Shown here: in pieces, positions 1 to 9,139 of the stretch
How the letters are laid out: each line of letters opens with the position of its first letter
Numbering within the stretch: position 1 is the first letter of the stretch
From: Candidatus Eiseniibacteriota bacterium
GTDB lineage: Bacteria; Eisenbacteria; RBG-16-71-46
Assembly: GCA_963744995.1 (NCBI GenBank)
Contig: CAVUWA010000002.1
Coordinates: 192,001 to 256,000 of the forward strand
DNA length: 64,000 bases
Direction: 5' to 3'
Program-made: the position numbers and the translations under genes
The notes under the pieces: model-generated
Database searches by the model: none
The model's input: only the letters and a program-made list of their open reading frames with translations
What the model was told of the DNA's origin: nothing

Positions 1-706
1 TGAGCGCGGCAGGCTCCATGCGCGGGAAAGTCGCCCAGCGGGCGGGGTCGAAGACTTTGGCCGCCGATGTGCCGAACACCAGAAGGCGCCTGGTCTCCGG
101 CTTCGGCATCAGCTTGAGGCTGGCTTCGACGATGATCGCGAGTCCGCCGCGCGAGCCGCACAGCAGGCGGTGGATCGCGTAGCCTGCGACGTTCTTCACC
201 ACGCGCCCGCCGGTGCGTGCGAGCGTGCCGTCGCCGAGCACGAAGCGCGCGCCGAGGATCCGGTCCACCGGCGCACCGAAGCGCACGCGCCGCGCGCCCG
301 AGGTGTTCGCCGCGAGCACGCCGCCGAGCGTCGCGATGCTCGACCGCGAGCCCTCGAGCGGCAGCTCCTGCCCGCGCGCCGCCAGCGCCTCGCGCAGCGC
401 GCCGAGCGTGATACCGCACTCGGCGGTGATGGTGAGGTCGTCGGGGTCGTATTCGACGATGGAATTCAGGGCCGTGAGGTCGAGCGCGACATCGTAGCGC
501 TCAGGCGCCGGCACCATGTGCAGCGAGACGCCGCCGCCCCACGGCACGATCTTGAGATCGTCGCGCGCCGCGGCGCGCACGGCTTCGATCAACTCGTCGC
601 GGGAAGCAGGCCGGAGCGCGTGCTTCGGAACCGCGCCGGAGATCGCGTAAGAGGCAGGGTCCGCGACGCGGGCGGCGTCGAGGCCGAGGGCAGAGACGGC
701 GTTCAT
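1..706 (-). CDS. glcE: FAD-binding oxidoreductase, glycolate oxidase GlcE-like subunit (runs off the window edge)
   Basis: Not in the ORF track. Manual translation from ATG 706 gives MNAVSALGL...KIVPWGGG...IVEYDPDDLTITAECG...ATLGGVLAANTSG...GGRVVKNVAGYAIHRLLCGSRGGLAII, which are GlcE hallmarks. Directly downstream of glcD. Confidence 0.85.
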   Translation of the reverse strand, partial: MNAVSALGLDAARVADPASYAISGAVPKHALRPASRDELIEAVRAAARDDLKIVPWGGGVSLHMVPAPERYDVALDLTALNSIVEYDPDDLTITAECGITLGALREALAARGQELPLEGSRSSIATLGGVLAANTSGARRVRFGAPVDRILGARFVLGDGTLARTGGRVVKNVAGYAIHRLLCGSRGGLAIIVEASLKLMPKPETRRLLVFGTSAAKVFDPARWATFPRMEPAAL

Positions 707-737
707 GGCCGGCACTCCCGTTCGCAGGCGCGTGCCT

Positions 738-2222
738 TCATATCCACGGCCCTTCTCTGTCGGCCTGCGGCGTCATTCCACCCATCTGCGCCGGCCTCGC
801 GGCACCGTTCGGGCCGTGCGCGTGCGCCTCGCCGCAGCCGGCGCCGCCGGGCAGGATCTTGCACGGGTTGAGCAGCCCGTCCGGGTTGAGCGCCTGACGC
901 ACGCGTTCCATGACGGCAAGGTCTTCTTCGCCGAACAGCTCGCGCATCATGGACTTCTTCTCGAGTCCGATGCCGTGCTCGCCCGAGATCGTGCCGCCGA
1001 AGCGGATGCACATGCGCAGGATCTCGTGCGAGGCCTCGAGGGCTTTCGCCTGCTGCTCCGGGTCGCTGGCGTCGAACAGCACGTGCGGGTGCAGGTTGCC
1101 GTCGCCGGCGTGGAACACGTTGCCGGCTTCGAGCCCGCGCTCCCCGCACAGCCGGTACACGGTCTCCAGCGCCTCGGCGAGCTTCGTGCGCGGCACCACG
1201 CCGTCCATGATGTAGAAGCCGTTCGCCGTACGGCCGTAGGCGCCGAACGCCGACTTGCGGCCCCTCCACAGATCCGCGCGCTCGGCGTCGTCCTTCGCGA
1301 CCCGCACCGAGCGCGTCCCGTGCCGCTTCGCGATCCCGATCACGCGTTCGACCTGTGCCTCGAGCGACACCGCCGGGCCGTCCACCTCGATCAGCAGCAC
1401 GCCGCCCGCATCCACCGGGAGGCCGATGTGCAGCCATTCCTCGACGAGCGTCGTCGTGTGGCGGTCCATGATCTCCATGGCGGCGGGCACGATGCCGGCG
1501 GCGATCGTCGAAGTCACCGCACGGCACGCGTCCTCGACCGTGGTGAAGTCGAACAGCATCGTCTTCACCGCCTCGGGCACGGGCAGCAGCCGCACGCAGA
1601 TCTCGGTGACGATGCCGAGCGTGCCCTCGCTGCCGATCATCAGCGCCGCGAGGTCGTAGTCGGGCGCGTCGAACGCCTCGCCGCCGAGCGTGACCGCGCG
1701 GCCGTCGTGCAGCACGACGACGAGCCCCAGGATGTGATTGAGCGTCACGCCGTACTTCAGGCAGTGCGGCCCGCCCGAGTTCGCGGCGACGTTGCCGCCG
1801 ATGGTGCTGACCTGCTGCGACGACGGATCCGGCGCGTAGTAGAGGCCGTGCTCGGCGACCTGCTGCGACAGCCACAGGTTCACGAGTCCCGGCTGCACCC
1901 ATGCATACATGTTCTCGGGATCGACGCGCAGCACCCTGTCCATGCGGTTGACCGAGAGCACGATGCCCTTCTGCGCGGGGGTCGCCCCGCCCGCGAGCCC
2001 GGTGCCGGCGCCGCGCGGCGTGACCGGAATGCTGCGTGCCCGCGCCCAGCGCACGATCGCCGCGACGTCGTCGGCGGTGCGCGGCAGCACGACCACGTCG
2101 GGGGTCTCGCGTTCGAGCGTCAGGGCGTCGGCTTCGTAGGTGAAGCGGGCGGCTTCGGTGGCGAGCACGCCGTCGGCGCCCAGCAGAGCGCGCAGTTCGT
2201 CGAGCTGTTCACTGGAGATCAT
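738..2222 (-). CDS. glcD: FAD-linked oxidase, glycolate oxidase GlcD-like subunit
   Basis: Motifs PRGAGTGLAGG, YAPDPSSQ, STIGGNVAANSGGPHCLKYGVT, GSEGTLG, HAGDGNLHP, GEHGIG, LNPCK. Start placed at MISSEQL (ATG 2222). Confidence 0.92.
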   Translation of the reverse strand: MISSEQLDELRALLGADGVLATEAARFTYEADALTLERETPDVVVLPRTADDVAAIVRWARARSIPVTPRGAGTGLAGGATPAQKGIVLSVNRMDRVLRVDPENMYAWVQPGLVNLWLSQQVAEHGLYYAPDPSSQQVSTIGGNVAANSGGPHCLKYGVTLNHILGLVVVLHDGRAVTLGGEAFDAPDYDLAALMIGSEGTLGIVTEICVRLLPVPEAVKTMLFDFTTVEDACRAVTSTIAAGIVPAAMEIMDRHTTTLVEEWLHIGLPVDAGGVLLIEVDGPAVSLEAQVERVIGIAKRHGTRSVRVAKDDAERADLWRGRKSAFGAYGRTANGFYIMDGVVPRTKLAEALETVYRLCGERGLEAGNVFHAGDGNLHPHVLFDASDPEQQAKALEASHEILRMCIRFGGTISGEHGIGLEKKSMMRELFGEEDLAVMERVRQALNPDGLLNPCKILPGGAGCGEAHAHGPNGAARPAQMGGMTPQADREGPWI

Positions 2223-2228
2223 GCAGCC

Positions 2229-2237
2229 AGAGTAGCA
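2229..2237 (-). promoter_or_regulatory. Putative extended -10 promoter (TGcTACTCT) 6 nt before the glcD ATG, implying a leaderless mRNA
   Basis: Minus strand reads GGTGCTACTCTGGCTGC-ATG with no Shine-Dalgarno sequence. Confidence 0.5.
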
Positions 2238-2243
2238 CCGACC

Positions 2244-2400
2244 GTGGGGCGGCGAGCGGGCCGGAGAAGGCTCTCGCCGGACGCCCCGCAGGCGAGCAGG
2301 AGCCATGGATGGCGGGCTCGCCGAGGGAGAAGAGCGCGCCGGCAGGAGCCGGCGCGATTCTGGTCCGGCGAGAGCCTTCTCCGGCCCGCTCGCCGCCCAC
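2244..2400. mobile_element. MITE/REP-like non-coding element with ~38-bp terminal inverted repeats
   Basis: 2244-2282 (GTGGGGCGGCGAGCGGGCCGGAGAAGGCTCTCGCCGGAC) is the reverse complement of 2363-2400 apart from one extra G. Internal hairpins GCCATGGATGGC and CGCGCCGGCAGGAGCCGGCGCG. Confidence 0.7.
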
Positions 2401-2407
2401 CGAAGCT

Positions 2408-3631
2408 CTACGCCTTCACGCGCTCCAGCAGATCCTTCGAAAGCTGCGCGATCACCGCCTCCACCTGCGCGTAGCCGTGCTCGAGCAGGAAGAGCGGGCT
2501 GCGCCCGTACGACTTGTGGCCGAGCACGTAGAAGTCCGGTTCCGGATTCTTCAGCAGCTCGATGCCGGTGGCGGCCGCGTCCAGGCAGTCGGTCGCGCCG
2601 AGCAGCGTGGCCGAGAGGCTCATCAGGCCCTCGCTGGCCCAGCACTCGTGGATCTGAAGTTCGCGATGGATCGAGCGGTCCGGCGCGAAGCCGGTGTGCA
2701 CCAGCACGCGGTCGACTTCTTCGAGACGGCGCTCGTCGCCCACGGTGAGCGCGACGCGGTAGCGGTGGGTCGCTGAGTTGAACTCGAAACCGTCGACCTC
2801 GGCGCCGCCGATGTGCGCGATGGCGGGATTCGTGCCCGTGGCCAGCTCCCGGGCACGCGCGTAGAGCGTGCGCCGCACTTCCAGCGGATCGCCGGCGATC
2901 TCGGGGTAGACGTCGCTCGTGCGCGTCACCCACACCACCGAGGTGCCTTCGGCCTCAGCGGCCAGCTTCGCCAGGTCGGCGACCGAGGTCGCGGCGCTCG
3001 CGCCGGCGCCGATCACCATCGTGCGCTTGCCGGCGAACTGCGCGCGCCGCGCATCGAGCACGTCCACCAGGTGATAATCCAGCTGCGGCGCGAGGTAGAG
3101 TTCCTGCCGCGCCGGCAGCCCGCCTTCCCCCGCGCGCACCGGGTTCGCGTAGACGCCCGAGGCGTCGATCGCCGCGAACGCGTGCAGGAAGTTCTCGCGC
3201 CCGCCCTGGTCGCGCACCAGCAGGCGGAACGGTTGCCCGCGCCGCGCGCCGGTGCCGATCGCGTCGCCCTTGAGCATTGCGCGTCGCCCGATGGCGACCA
3301 CCTGCGCATGCGCATGCAGGCGCTCTTGCAGAACCGGCAGCGCCGCGGCCGGCTGCAGGCAGTGCGTCGCGAACTCGAGACCGGTCGGGTGCGTCCCGGC
3401 ATCCGGCATGGTCCAGCCCGCCGCCTTCAAGTATTTCGCGGTCACGGGACCGACGTTCATCCGCCACGGCGTGAACATGCGCACGTGGCCCCACGCGATC
3501 GGATGCGAGCCGGGCTCGCCCTGCTCGAAGACGTGCACGTCGAACCCGGCGTCGAGCGCGGCGAGCGCCGCCTCGATGCCGATGGGGCCGGCGCCGACGA
3601 TCGCGAGAGTGTTGCGGGCAGGCTGGGGCAT
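2408..3631 (-). CDS. FAD/NAD(P)-dependent oxidoreductase (flavoprotein monooxygenase-like)
   Basis: Two Rossmann motifs (GAGPIG, GAGASA), plus WGHVRMFTPW, DASG and a C-terminal GHKSYGR. Confidence 0.85.
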   Translation of the reverse strand: MPQPARNTLAIVGAGPIGIEAALAALDAGFDVHVFEQGEPGSHPIAWGHVRMFTPWRMNVGPVTAKYLKAAGWTMPDAGTHPTGLEFATHCLQPAAALPVLQERLHAHAQVVAIGRRAMLKGDAIGTGARRGQPFRLLVRDQGGRENFLHAFAAIDASGVYANPVRAGEGGLPARQELYLAPQLDYHLVDVLDARRAQFAGKRTMVIGAGASAATSVADLAKLAAEAEGTSVVWVTRTSDVYPEIAGDPLEVRRTLYARARELATGTNPAIAHIGGAEVDGFEFNSATHRYRVALTVGDERRLEEVDRVLVHTGFAPDRSIHRELQIHECWASEGLMSLSATLLGATDCLDAAATGIELLKNPEPDFYVLGHKSYGRSPLFLLEHGYAQVEAVIAQLSKDLLERVKA

Positions 3632-3784
3632 GGAGGTTCCTGAAGGTATGGGGAGAGCCGGATCGCGGGGGCTCAATGGCGCTGTGCGCCGCCGCGACCG
3701 GCCTGACGTTCGATGCGATGTCGCGGCCGGCGCTGTGCGGCCCGCCGCCCGGCGGGGCGCGGCCCCGCGCGACGGCCTGCTACT

Positions 3785-4933
3785 CTACTCGAATTCGGCC
3801 ACGATCGGCGCATGGTCGGATGCGCGCCCCGGGCCGTCGAGGCCGGCGACCGTGAGGCCGCGCCCGTCGCGCCAGCCGCGGCCCGTGAACCAGTCGAGCC
3901 GCAGCCGGCCGCGTCGCTCGGCCCAGCCGAGCAGCGGCCGCGTCAGCGACCCCAGCATCCGGAGCCAGCGGCGGCCTTCGTCCACGCGGTCGAGGCGCAG
4001 CTGCAGGGTCGGCCGGAAATCGACGAACGGCTCCCACTCGAAGCCCGCCCCGCGCAGCACGTCGAACAGCGGCTCGTGGAAGCGGCCGCGATCGGGCCGC
4101 AGGAGCCGGCGCCGGAGCGCCCGCCCGGGCCAGGCGAGCAGCGCGCTCGATCCGCTGAGCGGCGAGTGCCAGAGCCCGCGATCGAAGGTATGCGAGTTGA
4201 AATCGCCGGCGAGGATGATCGGGCGCCTCACGTTCCGGAGCGCGTGGGTCAGCACCCGCATCTGCTCCGCGCGGTGCGCGCGCGTGCGATGCACTTCGAG
4301 GTGCACGGAGACCGCGACGAACGGCCCGCCCGGGCGGCGGATCTCGGCGACCAGCGCGACGAAGCGCCCGAACATGCGCTCGACGTCGAACTGGATCGCC
4401 TCGGGGCCCGGCAACCGTACCAGGTGGACGTCGCCGAACGGCCAGCGCGACAGGATCGCGATGCCGAACATCGCCTCTTCGTTCGCTCGTCCCGCGGCCA
4501 GGCGTGCGTCATCATCGCGGCCGGGCGTGGATTCCAGGAACATCGGCGCCCAGACGCCGAAGCGGCCGAGCGACTTCGCCAGGTCCGCGGCGACGTCGCG
4601 GTTCTCCGCGCGCGCCATGCCGACGTCGATCTCGTTGAAGGTCAGCAGGTCGGCGTCGCGCAGATCCGGGTGATGAAGGAGCGCATCCTCGATCTGCTCG
4701 TAGCGGTTGCCGTGCTCGATGTTCCAGTGCACGGCGTGCACGAGTTTTGGATCGTGCGGCGGCCCCGGCGACAGCGGCGGCTCGTGCAGCCGCACCGCCG
4801 ACAGCAGATGCTCGAGGCGTGGCTCGAGCTCCGGCCACTCGGCCGAGGCTTTGAGCGCGGCGAGCGTGGGATAGCGGATGAAGCGGCGGACGAGCTCGGC
4901 GCTCTCGGCGGCCGCGCGGGGGTCGCGGATCAT
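3785..4933 (-). CDS. Endonuclease/exonuclease/phosphatase (EEP) family protein
   Basis: WNIE, LTFNEID, GIAILSR, SVHLE, AGDFN, LDWF and SDHAP motifs. Confidence 0.88.
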   Translation of the reverse strand: MIRDPRAAAESAELVRRFIRYPTLAALKASAEWPELEPRLEHLLSAVRLHEPPLSPGPPHDPKLVHAVHWNIEHGNRYEQIEDALLHHPDLRDADLLTFNEIDVGMARAENRDVAADLAKSLGRFGVWAPMFLESTPGRDDDARLAAGRANEEAMFGIAILSRWPFGDVHLVRLPGPEAIQFDVERMFGRFVALVAEIRRPGGPFVAVSVHLEVHRTRAHRAEQMRVLTHALRNVRRPIILAGDFNSHTFDRGLWHSPLSGSSALLAWPGRALRRRLLRPDRGRFHEPLFDVLRGAGFEWEPFVDFRPTLQLRLDRVDEGRRWLRMLGSLTRPLLGWAERRGRLRLDWFTGRGWRDGRGLTVAGLDGPGRASDHAPIVAEFE

Positions 4934-5086
4934 GACGGGCCGGAAGCATACCAGCCCGGCCGCGCGGCGACATGCGCGCGTCCGGATGCGGCATCCGGGC
5001 GGCCGCAGCACCCACGAGCCTTGTCGGCGCCGGCGACGCGGCGATATCGTTCGCCTCCCACACCAGGCCGATCGGGAGGCTTGCAC

Positions 5087-5515
5087 ATGGATTCGCGTCA
5101 GTCGGGCGCCCGGTTTCTCGAAGCGCTGCGCCGGCGCTCGTTCGACGATCTCGAAGCGCTGCTTTCCCCGGAGGTGGAGTTCCGCATTCTGGTGCCGGCA
5201 GGGCTCAGGTACTGCACGGGCGCGGCGAAGACCGCCGACTACTTCCGCGGCTGGTTCGGCACGGGCACGGTCGAGCGGCGTCAGGACTGCAACGGCGAGC
5301 CCTACCCGGACATGCAGACGACCGCGTTCGCCGTGCTCGAGGACGGCGTGGGGGAGGCGGTCGAGCACCGCGTTCCGTTCCACTACCGTCTGGACCTGCA
5401 CAACAAACGCGGCCACTGCATGTGCCAGCAGAACGGGTTCCTGACGGTGGATCCGAGCGGCAGGATCGGGCGCCTCGACATCGTTTGCAGCGGGATCGTG
5501 CCGCTCGCATCCTGA
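5087..5515 (+). CDS. SnoaL/NTF2-like small protein
   Basis: GGGAGG RBS, then MDSRQSGARFLEALRRRSFDDLEALLSPEVEF...YFRGWF...GRIGRLDIVCSG, an NTF2-like pattern. Confidence 0.6.
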   Translation: MDSRQSGARFLEALRRRSFDDLEALLSPEVEFRILVPAGLRYCTGAAKTADYFRGWFGTGTVERRQDCNGEPYPDMQTTAFAVLEDGVGEAVEHRVPFHYRLDLHNKRGHCMCQQNGFLTVDPSGRIGRLDIVCSGIVPLAS

Positions 5516-5563
5516 GCCGCCATGCGGCGCGGCGCCGGCGGCTCCGCGCCACGATGGGCGCTC

Positions 5564-6787
5564 CTACTTCACGATCATGTGCGAGGCCCCGCCGCCGCTG
5601 ATCACCACGATCGCGTCGTAGGCCCAGATCTGCTCCTTCACCTGTTCGTTCAGATCCTTCCACGCGCCCGGTCTGTCCTTGAGCGGGCGCAGGTCGATGA
5701 GCGTCGCGCCCGTCGACGACAGGTAACGGGTCAGGAACCCGTAGTCCCTGGCGAAGACGTCGTCGCACGAGGTGACGTTGCCCATCAGATCCGCGCTCGC
5801 GCCGCCCGGGCCGCACACCATCAGGATGCTCACCGCGCCCGCATCGTCCGCGAGCGCCTGCTCGTACGCGAAGCTCGCCAGCGACGGCACGTGCGTGGGC
5901 GAGAGGCCGTTGGTCATGTGGTAGGCGCCGAACTTGAACAGAACCTTCGGCGGCGCGCCGTCGTGCCGTTCCGCATCGCGATAGCGTTCGAGAAACGTCT
6001 GCTTCATGAGCGTCTCACGAGCGAGGTTCGCCTTGTAGATGCTGCCGCCGCCGGCGACGAACGGACGGTAGATGCGCGCCGATTCGATCAGGGCTGCGGC
6101 GAGCTTGCCTGCCCGCACGTCGCCCGCAGCGCGCAGATCGCTCTCGAGCTGCAGCAGGCGTGACTGATCCACGGTGCCGAGGAACGAAAGGCTGTCCGCC
6201 TTCGCATCGCGGGCGAGCAGGGCGGCGTCGCTCTTCGCGTCCGCTCCGGTCGCGAGCCGCTCGATCTCCTCCAGCCAGGCATAGGCCGCGCCGATGAACG
6301 CCTGATCGAGTCCCCACAGCACGGGCCGATCCGCGGGGCCGTTGGCCAGCGCCGCGCGCAGGAAATCGGCTTCTTCGGCCCACGCATAGATCGGGATCGC
6401 GAACCGGTATCCATCCTGCTCCAGGTAATGCTTCAGCGCGTCCGGATCGCCCGAGCGCAGCAGCCGCTCGAGCTCGGCGGCGATGAACGGATCGGTCTCG
6501 ATCGCGGTGTAGCGGTAGCCGACCCGGCCGATCGTCTTCGCCAGCGCCGTCGAGAAACGCGCCATGCCGGCGATGCCGTGGTCCTCGCCGAGCAGCACGA
6601 AGCGCGAATAGCGCGCACGGGTGCGGATCCAGTCGGAACCGGCGCCGGCAAGGCCGCTGTCGGCGACCTGCATCGAGTGCATGGAGCGCTCGATGAGCGT
6701 GTCGAGCGGGGTGGCTGTGTCGGCGGCGGCGCTGCCGACGCCCGAAGCGAAAAGGGCGGCGAGTCCGATCACGACGATGAGCTTCAC
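5564..6787 (-). CDS. Secreted protein, EreA/ChaN/TraB-like (erythromycin esterase-like) fold
   Basis: GTG start after GGGAG, a signal peptide ending AAA-D, and LLGEDHG, GLDQ and FGAYH motifs. Confidence 0.6.
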   Translation of the reverse strand: MKLIVVIGLAALFASGVGSAAADTATPLDTLIERSMHSMQVADSGLAGAGSDWIRTRARYSRFVLLGEDHGIAGMARFSTALAKTIGRVGYRYTAIETDPFIAAELERLLRSGDPDALKHYLEQDGYRFAIPIYAWAEEADFLRAALANGPADRPVLWGLDQAFIGAAYAWLEEIERLATGADAKSDAALLARDAKADSLSFLGTVDQSRLLQLESDLRAAGDVRAGKLAAALIESARIYRPFVAGGGSIYKANLARETLMKQTFLERYRDAERHDGAPPKVLFKFGAYHMTNGLSPTHVPSLASFAYEQALADDAGAVSILMVCGPGGASADLMGNVTSCDDVFARDYGFLTRYLSSTGATLIDLRPLKDRPGAWKDLNEQVKEQIWAYDAIVVISGGGASHMIVK

Positions 6788-6989
6788 GGCGTCTCCCTGG
6801 GTTCGGGTGAGCATGCAGGTCCGGCCGGGTCCCGGACATGGTATCGCGGTCGAGCGTCGCGTTCTAAGACGTCGTCCCGGCCCCGGTTGCGCGGCGGGCG
6901 CCGGGGTACCGGGATTGCGCCGGAACCCGGCGCGCGTCCCACGCATCGGAACGGGTCCGGCGGGCGCGCGCCAGCGCGCATGCACCGCG

Positions 6990-7018
6990 TTGCGACCCCG
7001 CCCGCGACCGCCTAGACT
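6990..7018 (+). promoter_or_regulatory. Putative sigma70 promoter for the AAA/vWA operon
   Basis: TTGCGA-N17-TAGACT, 74 nt upstream of ATG 7093, which has an AGGAG RBS. Confidence 0.55.
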
Positions 7019-7092
7019 TCGAGTCGATTTCACGCCGCACATTTCGCGCCCGGCCGCGGGGCGCCGCCTTTCCCTGCAAGGAGACCGCCCAG

Positions 7093-8601
7093 ATGTCCCG
7101 TCCTCGCACCCTCGGGGAGCTGAAGGCCGCCGGTTACCGCCCGCGATCGATCAAGGACGAGATGCGCGCCAACCTCATCGAGCGCATCCGCTCCGGCGAC
7201 AAGCTGTTTCCCGGCGTCGTCGGTTACGAGCACACCGTCGAGCCGCAGATCGTGAACGCGGTGCTCTCGCGCCACGACTTCATCCTGCTCGGGCTGCGCG
7301 GCCAGGCGAAGACCCGGATCCTGCGCGCCCTGTCGCAGTTCCTCGATGAATGGACGCCGGCGATCGAGGGGTGCCCGCTCAACAGCGACCCGCTCGTTCC
7401 GCTCACGCACCATGCGAAGCACCTGCTCGATGTGCATGGCGACGAGACGCCGATCCGCTGGATGCATCGGGAATCGCGCTACCAGGAGAAGCTGGCGACG
7501 CCCGACGTGACGATCGCCGACTTGATCGGCGACATCGACCCGATCCGCGCCGCGACGATGAAACTCGACTACTCGGACGAGCGGGTGATCCACTACGGCA
7601 TCATTCCGCGCTCGAACCGCGGCATCTTCGCGATCAACGAGCTGCCCGATCTGCAGCCGCGCATTCAGGTCGGCCTGCTGAACATCCTCGAAGAGAAGGA
7701 TTTCCAGATCCGCGGCTTCCCGGTGCGCATGCCGCTCGACGTGGTGATGGTCTTTTCGGCGAACCCCGAGGACTACACGAACCGCGGCAACATCATCACG
7801 CCGCTCCGCGACCGCATCAATTCACAGATCCTCACGCACTACCCGCGGCACCGCGAGGAAGGCATGCGCATCACCGCGCAGGAGTCGTGGCTCGAGCGCG
7901 ACGGTGGGATCGAGGTCGAGGTGCCGGTATTCATGCGCGAGCTGGTCGAGGAAGTCGCGATTCAGGCGCGGCGCAGCGAATACGTGGATCAGAACTCCGG
8001 GGTGTCGGCGCGTCTGCCGATCGCGCTCATGGAGAACCTGATCTCGAACGCCGAGCGGCGCGGATTCGTCACCGGCGAAAAGAAGGTGGTCACCCGCGTG
8101 TGCGACCTGCAGCAGGCCGTGTCGGCCGTGAGCGGCAAGGTGGAGCTGGTGCTGGAGGGCGAACAGGAGGGCGCGATGAACGTGGCGCGCGCCCTGCTCG
8201 GCCGCGGCGTGAAGTCGATCTTCGCGCAGCGCTTCCCGGATGCCTACAAGCCCAAGCGCCGCTCGAAGTCGGCCGCCGCCGAGCCTCCGTCGGACGAAGG
8301 CATGTCGTCCGCCGAGTACCGGCCCGTGCTCGAGTGGTTCTCGAGCGGCAACCACATCGAAATCGCCGACGACATGCCGCAGGACGAGTTCGCGCAGCAG
8401 CTCGCATCGGTGAAGGGGTTGCCCGAACTGGCGAAGAAGTATCTCGCTCCCGCGAACGCCGCGGAGGCCGCGGTCGCGATGGAGCTCGCGCTCGAGGGCC
8501 TGCACCAGCACTCGATGCTGTCGCGCGAGCGCGTGGACGGCAACAAGACCGCGTTCAAGGACATGCTGAAGAGCATGCTGAGCGGGTTCGGGGACGACTG
8601 A
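7093..8601 (+). CDS. Magnesium-chelatase ChlI-like AAA+ ATPase
   Basis: Walker A variant GLRGQAKT, IFAINELPDL, ANPEDYTNRG and SGVSAR. Paired with a downstream vWA gene. Confidence 0.88.
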   Translation: MSRPRTLGELKAAGYRPRSIKDEMRANLIERIRSGDKLFPGVVGYEHTVEPQIVNAVLSRHDFILLGLRGQAKTRILRALSQFLDEWTPAIEGCPLNSDPLVPLTHHAKHLLDVHGDETPIRWMHRESRYQEKLATPDVTIADLIGDIDPIRAATMKLDYSDERVIHYGIIPRSNRGIFAINELPDLQPRIQVGLLNILEEKDFQIRGFPVRMPLDVVMVFSANPEDYTNRGNIITPLRDRINSQILTHYPRHREEGMRITAQESWLERDGGIEVEVPVFMRELVEEVAIQARRSEYVDQNSGVSARLPIALMENLISNAERRGFVTGEKKVVTRVCDLQQAVSAVSGKVELVLEGEQEGAMNVARALLGRGVKSIFAQRFPDAYKPKRRSKSAAAEPPSDEGMSSAEYRPVLEWFSSGNHIEIADDMPQDEFAQQLASVKGLPELAKKYLAPANAAEAAVAMELALEGLHQHSMLSRERVDGNKTAFKDMLKSMLSGFGDD

Positions 8602-8628
8602 GGTGGAGCGCGGAGCGACACTGCGGGG

Positions 8629-9107
8629 TATGCAGTCGCATGCGATGCGGTCCAGGCTGACACTCTATCGAGCGGGCGTCGTTGCCGGCCTCGCGATTCT
8701 GGGGCCCCCGCTCCGGCCCACTCCGGCCGCGGTGGCACGGTGGAATCGTCGCGGGAGTGACCGCGCGCATCGTTCCGTACTCCGGTGACACCCGGATTCG
8801 AACCGCTGCCCAGCGGCCCCCGGGGGGCGCCGGCGCATACGTGGTATTCGGACCTTCGTTCGGGGTTCTCGACGGGTGGGCATTACTACCCGCCTCACTG
8901 GTCCAGCGACGCTCGCACGATCGACGACCTGCGCCCGATCGACCTCGGCATCACCGGCGGACTCGGGGTCGCATTCCGCCGGGAAGCGGTGCGGTCGGTT
9001 TCGAACTCCGCTACACGGAGGGTCTGAAGAGCCCCTTCATCCGGGAGTGGGACAGCGATGACCGCAACAGGTTTTTCTCACTGAGGTTATTCTTCCTTCG
9101 ATCATGA
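8629..9107 (+). pseudogene. Fragmented outer-membrane beta-barrel (PorT/OmpA-like) gene; 5' boundary uncertain
   Basis: Pieces in different frames: AYVVFGPSFGVL, IDDLRPIDLGITGGLGVAF and VGFELRYTEGLK...RNRFFSLRLFF. These are alternating beta-strand patterns typical of small beta-barrels. Confidence 0.5.
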
Positions 9108-9139
9108 TGGCTCGTCCGGCCGATCGAAGGAGTTAGACG

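Noticed and set aside
2408..3631. Arsenic-resistance gene call for the flavoprotein
   Set aside because: It resembles flavoproteins sometimes found in ars clusters, but no arsR, arsC or acr3 genes are nearby.
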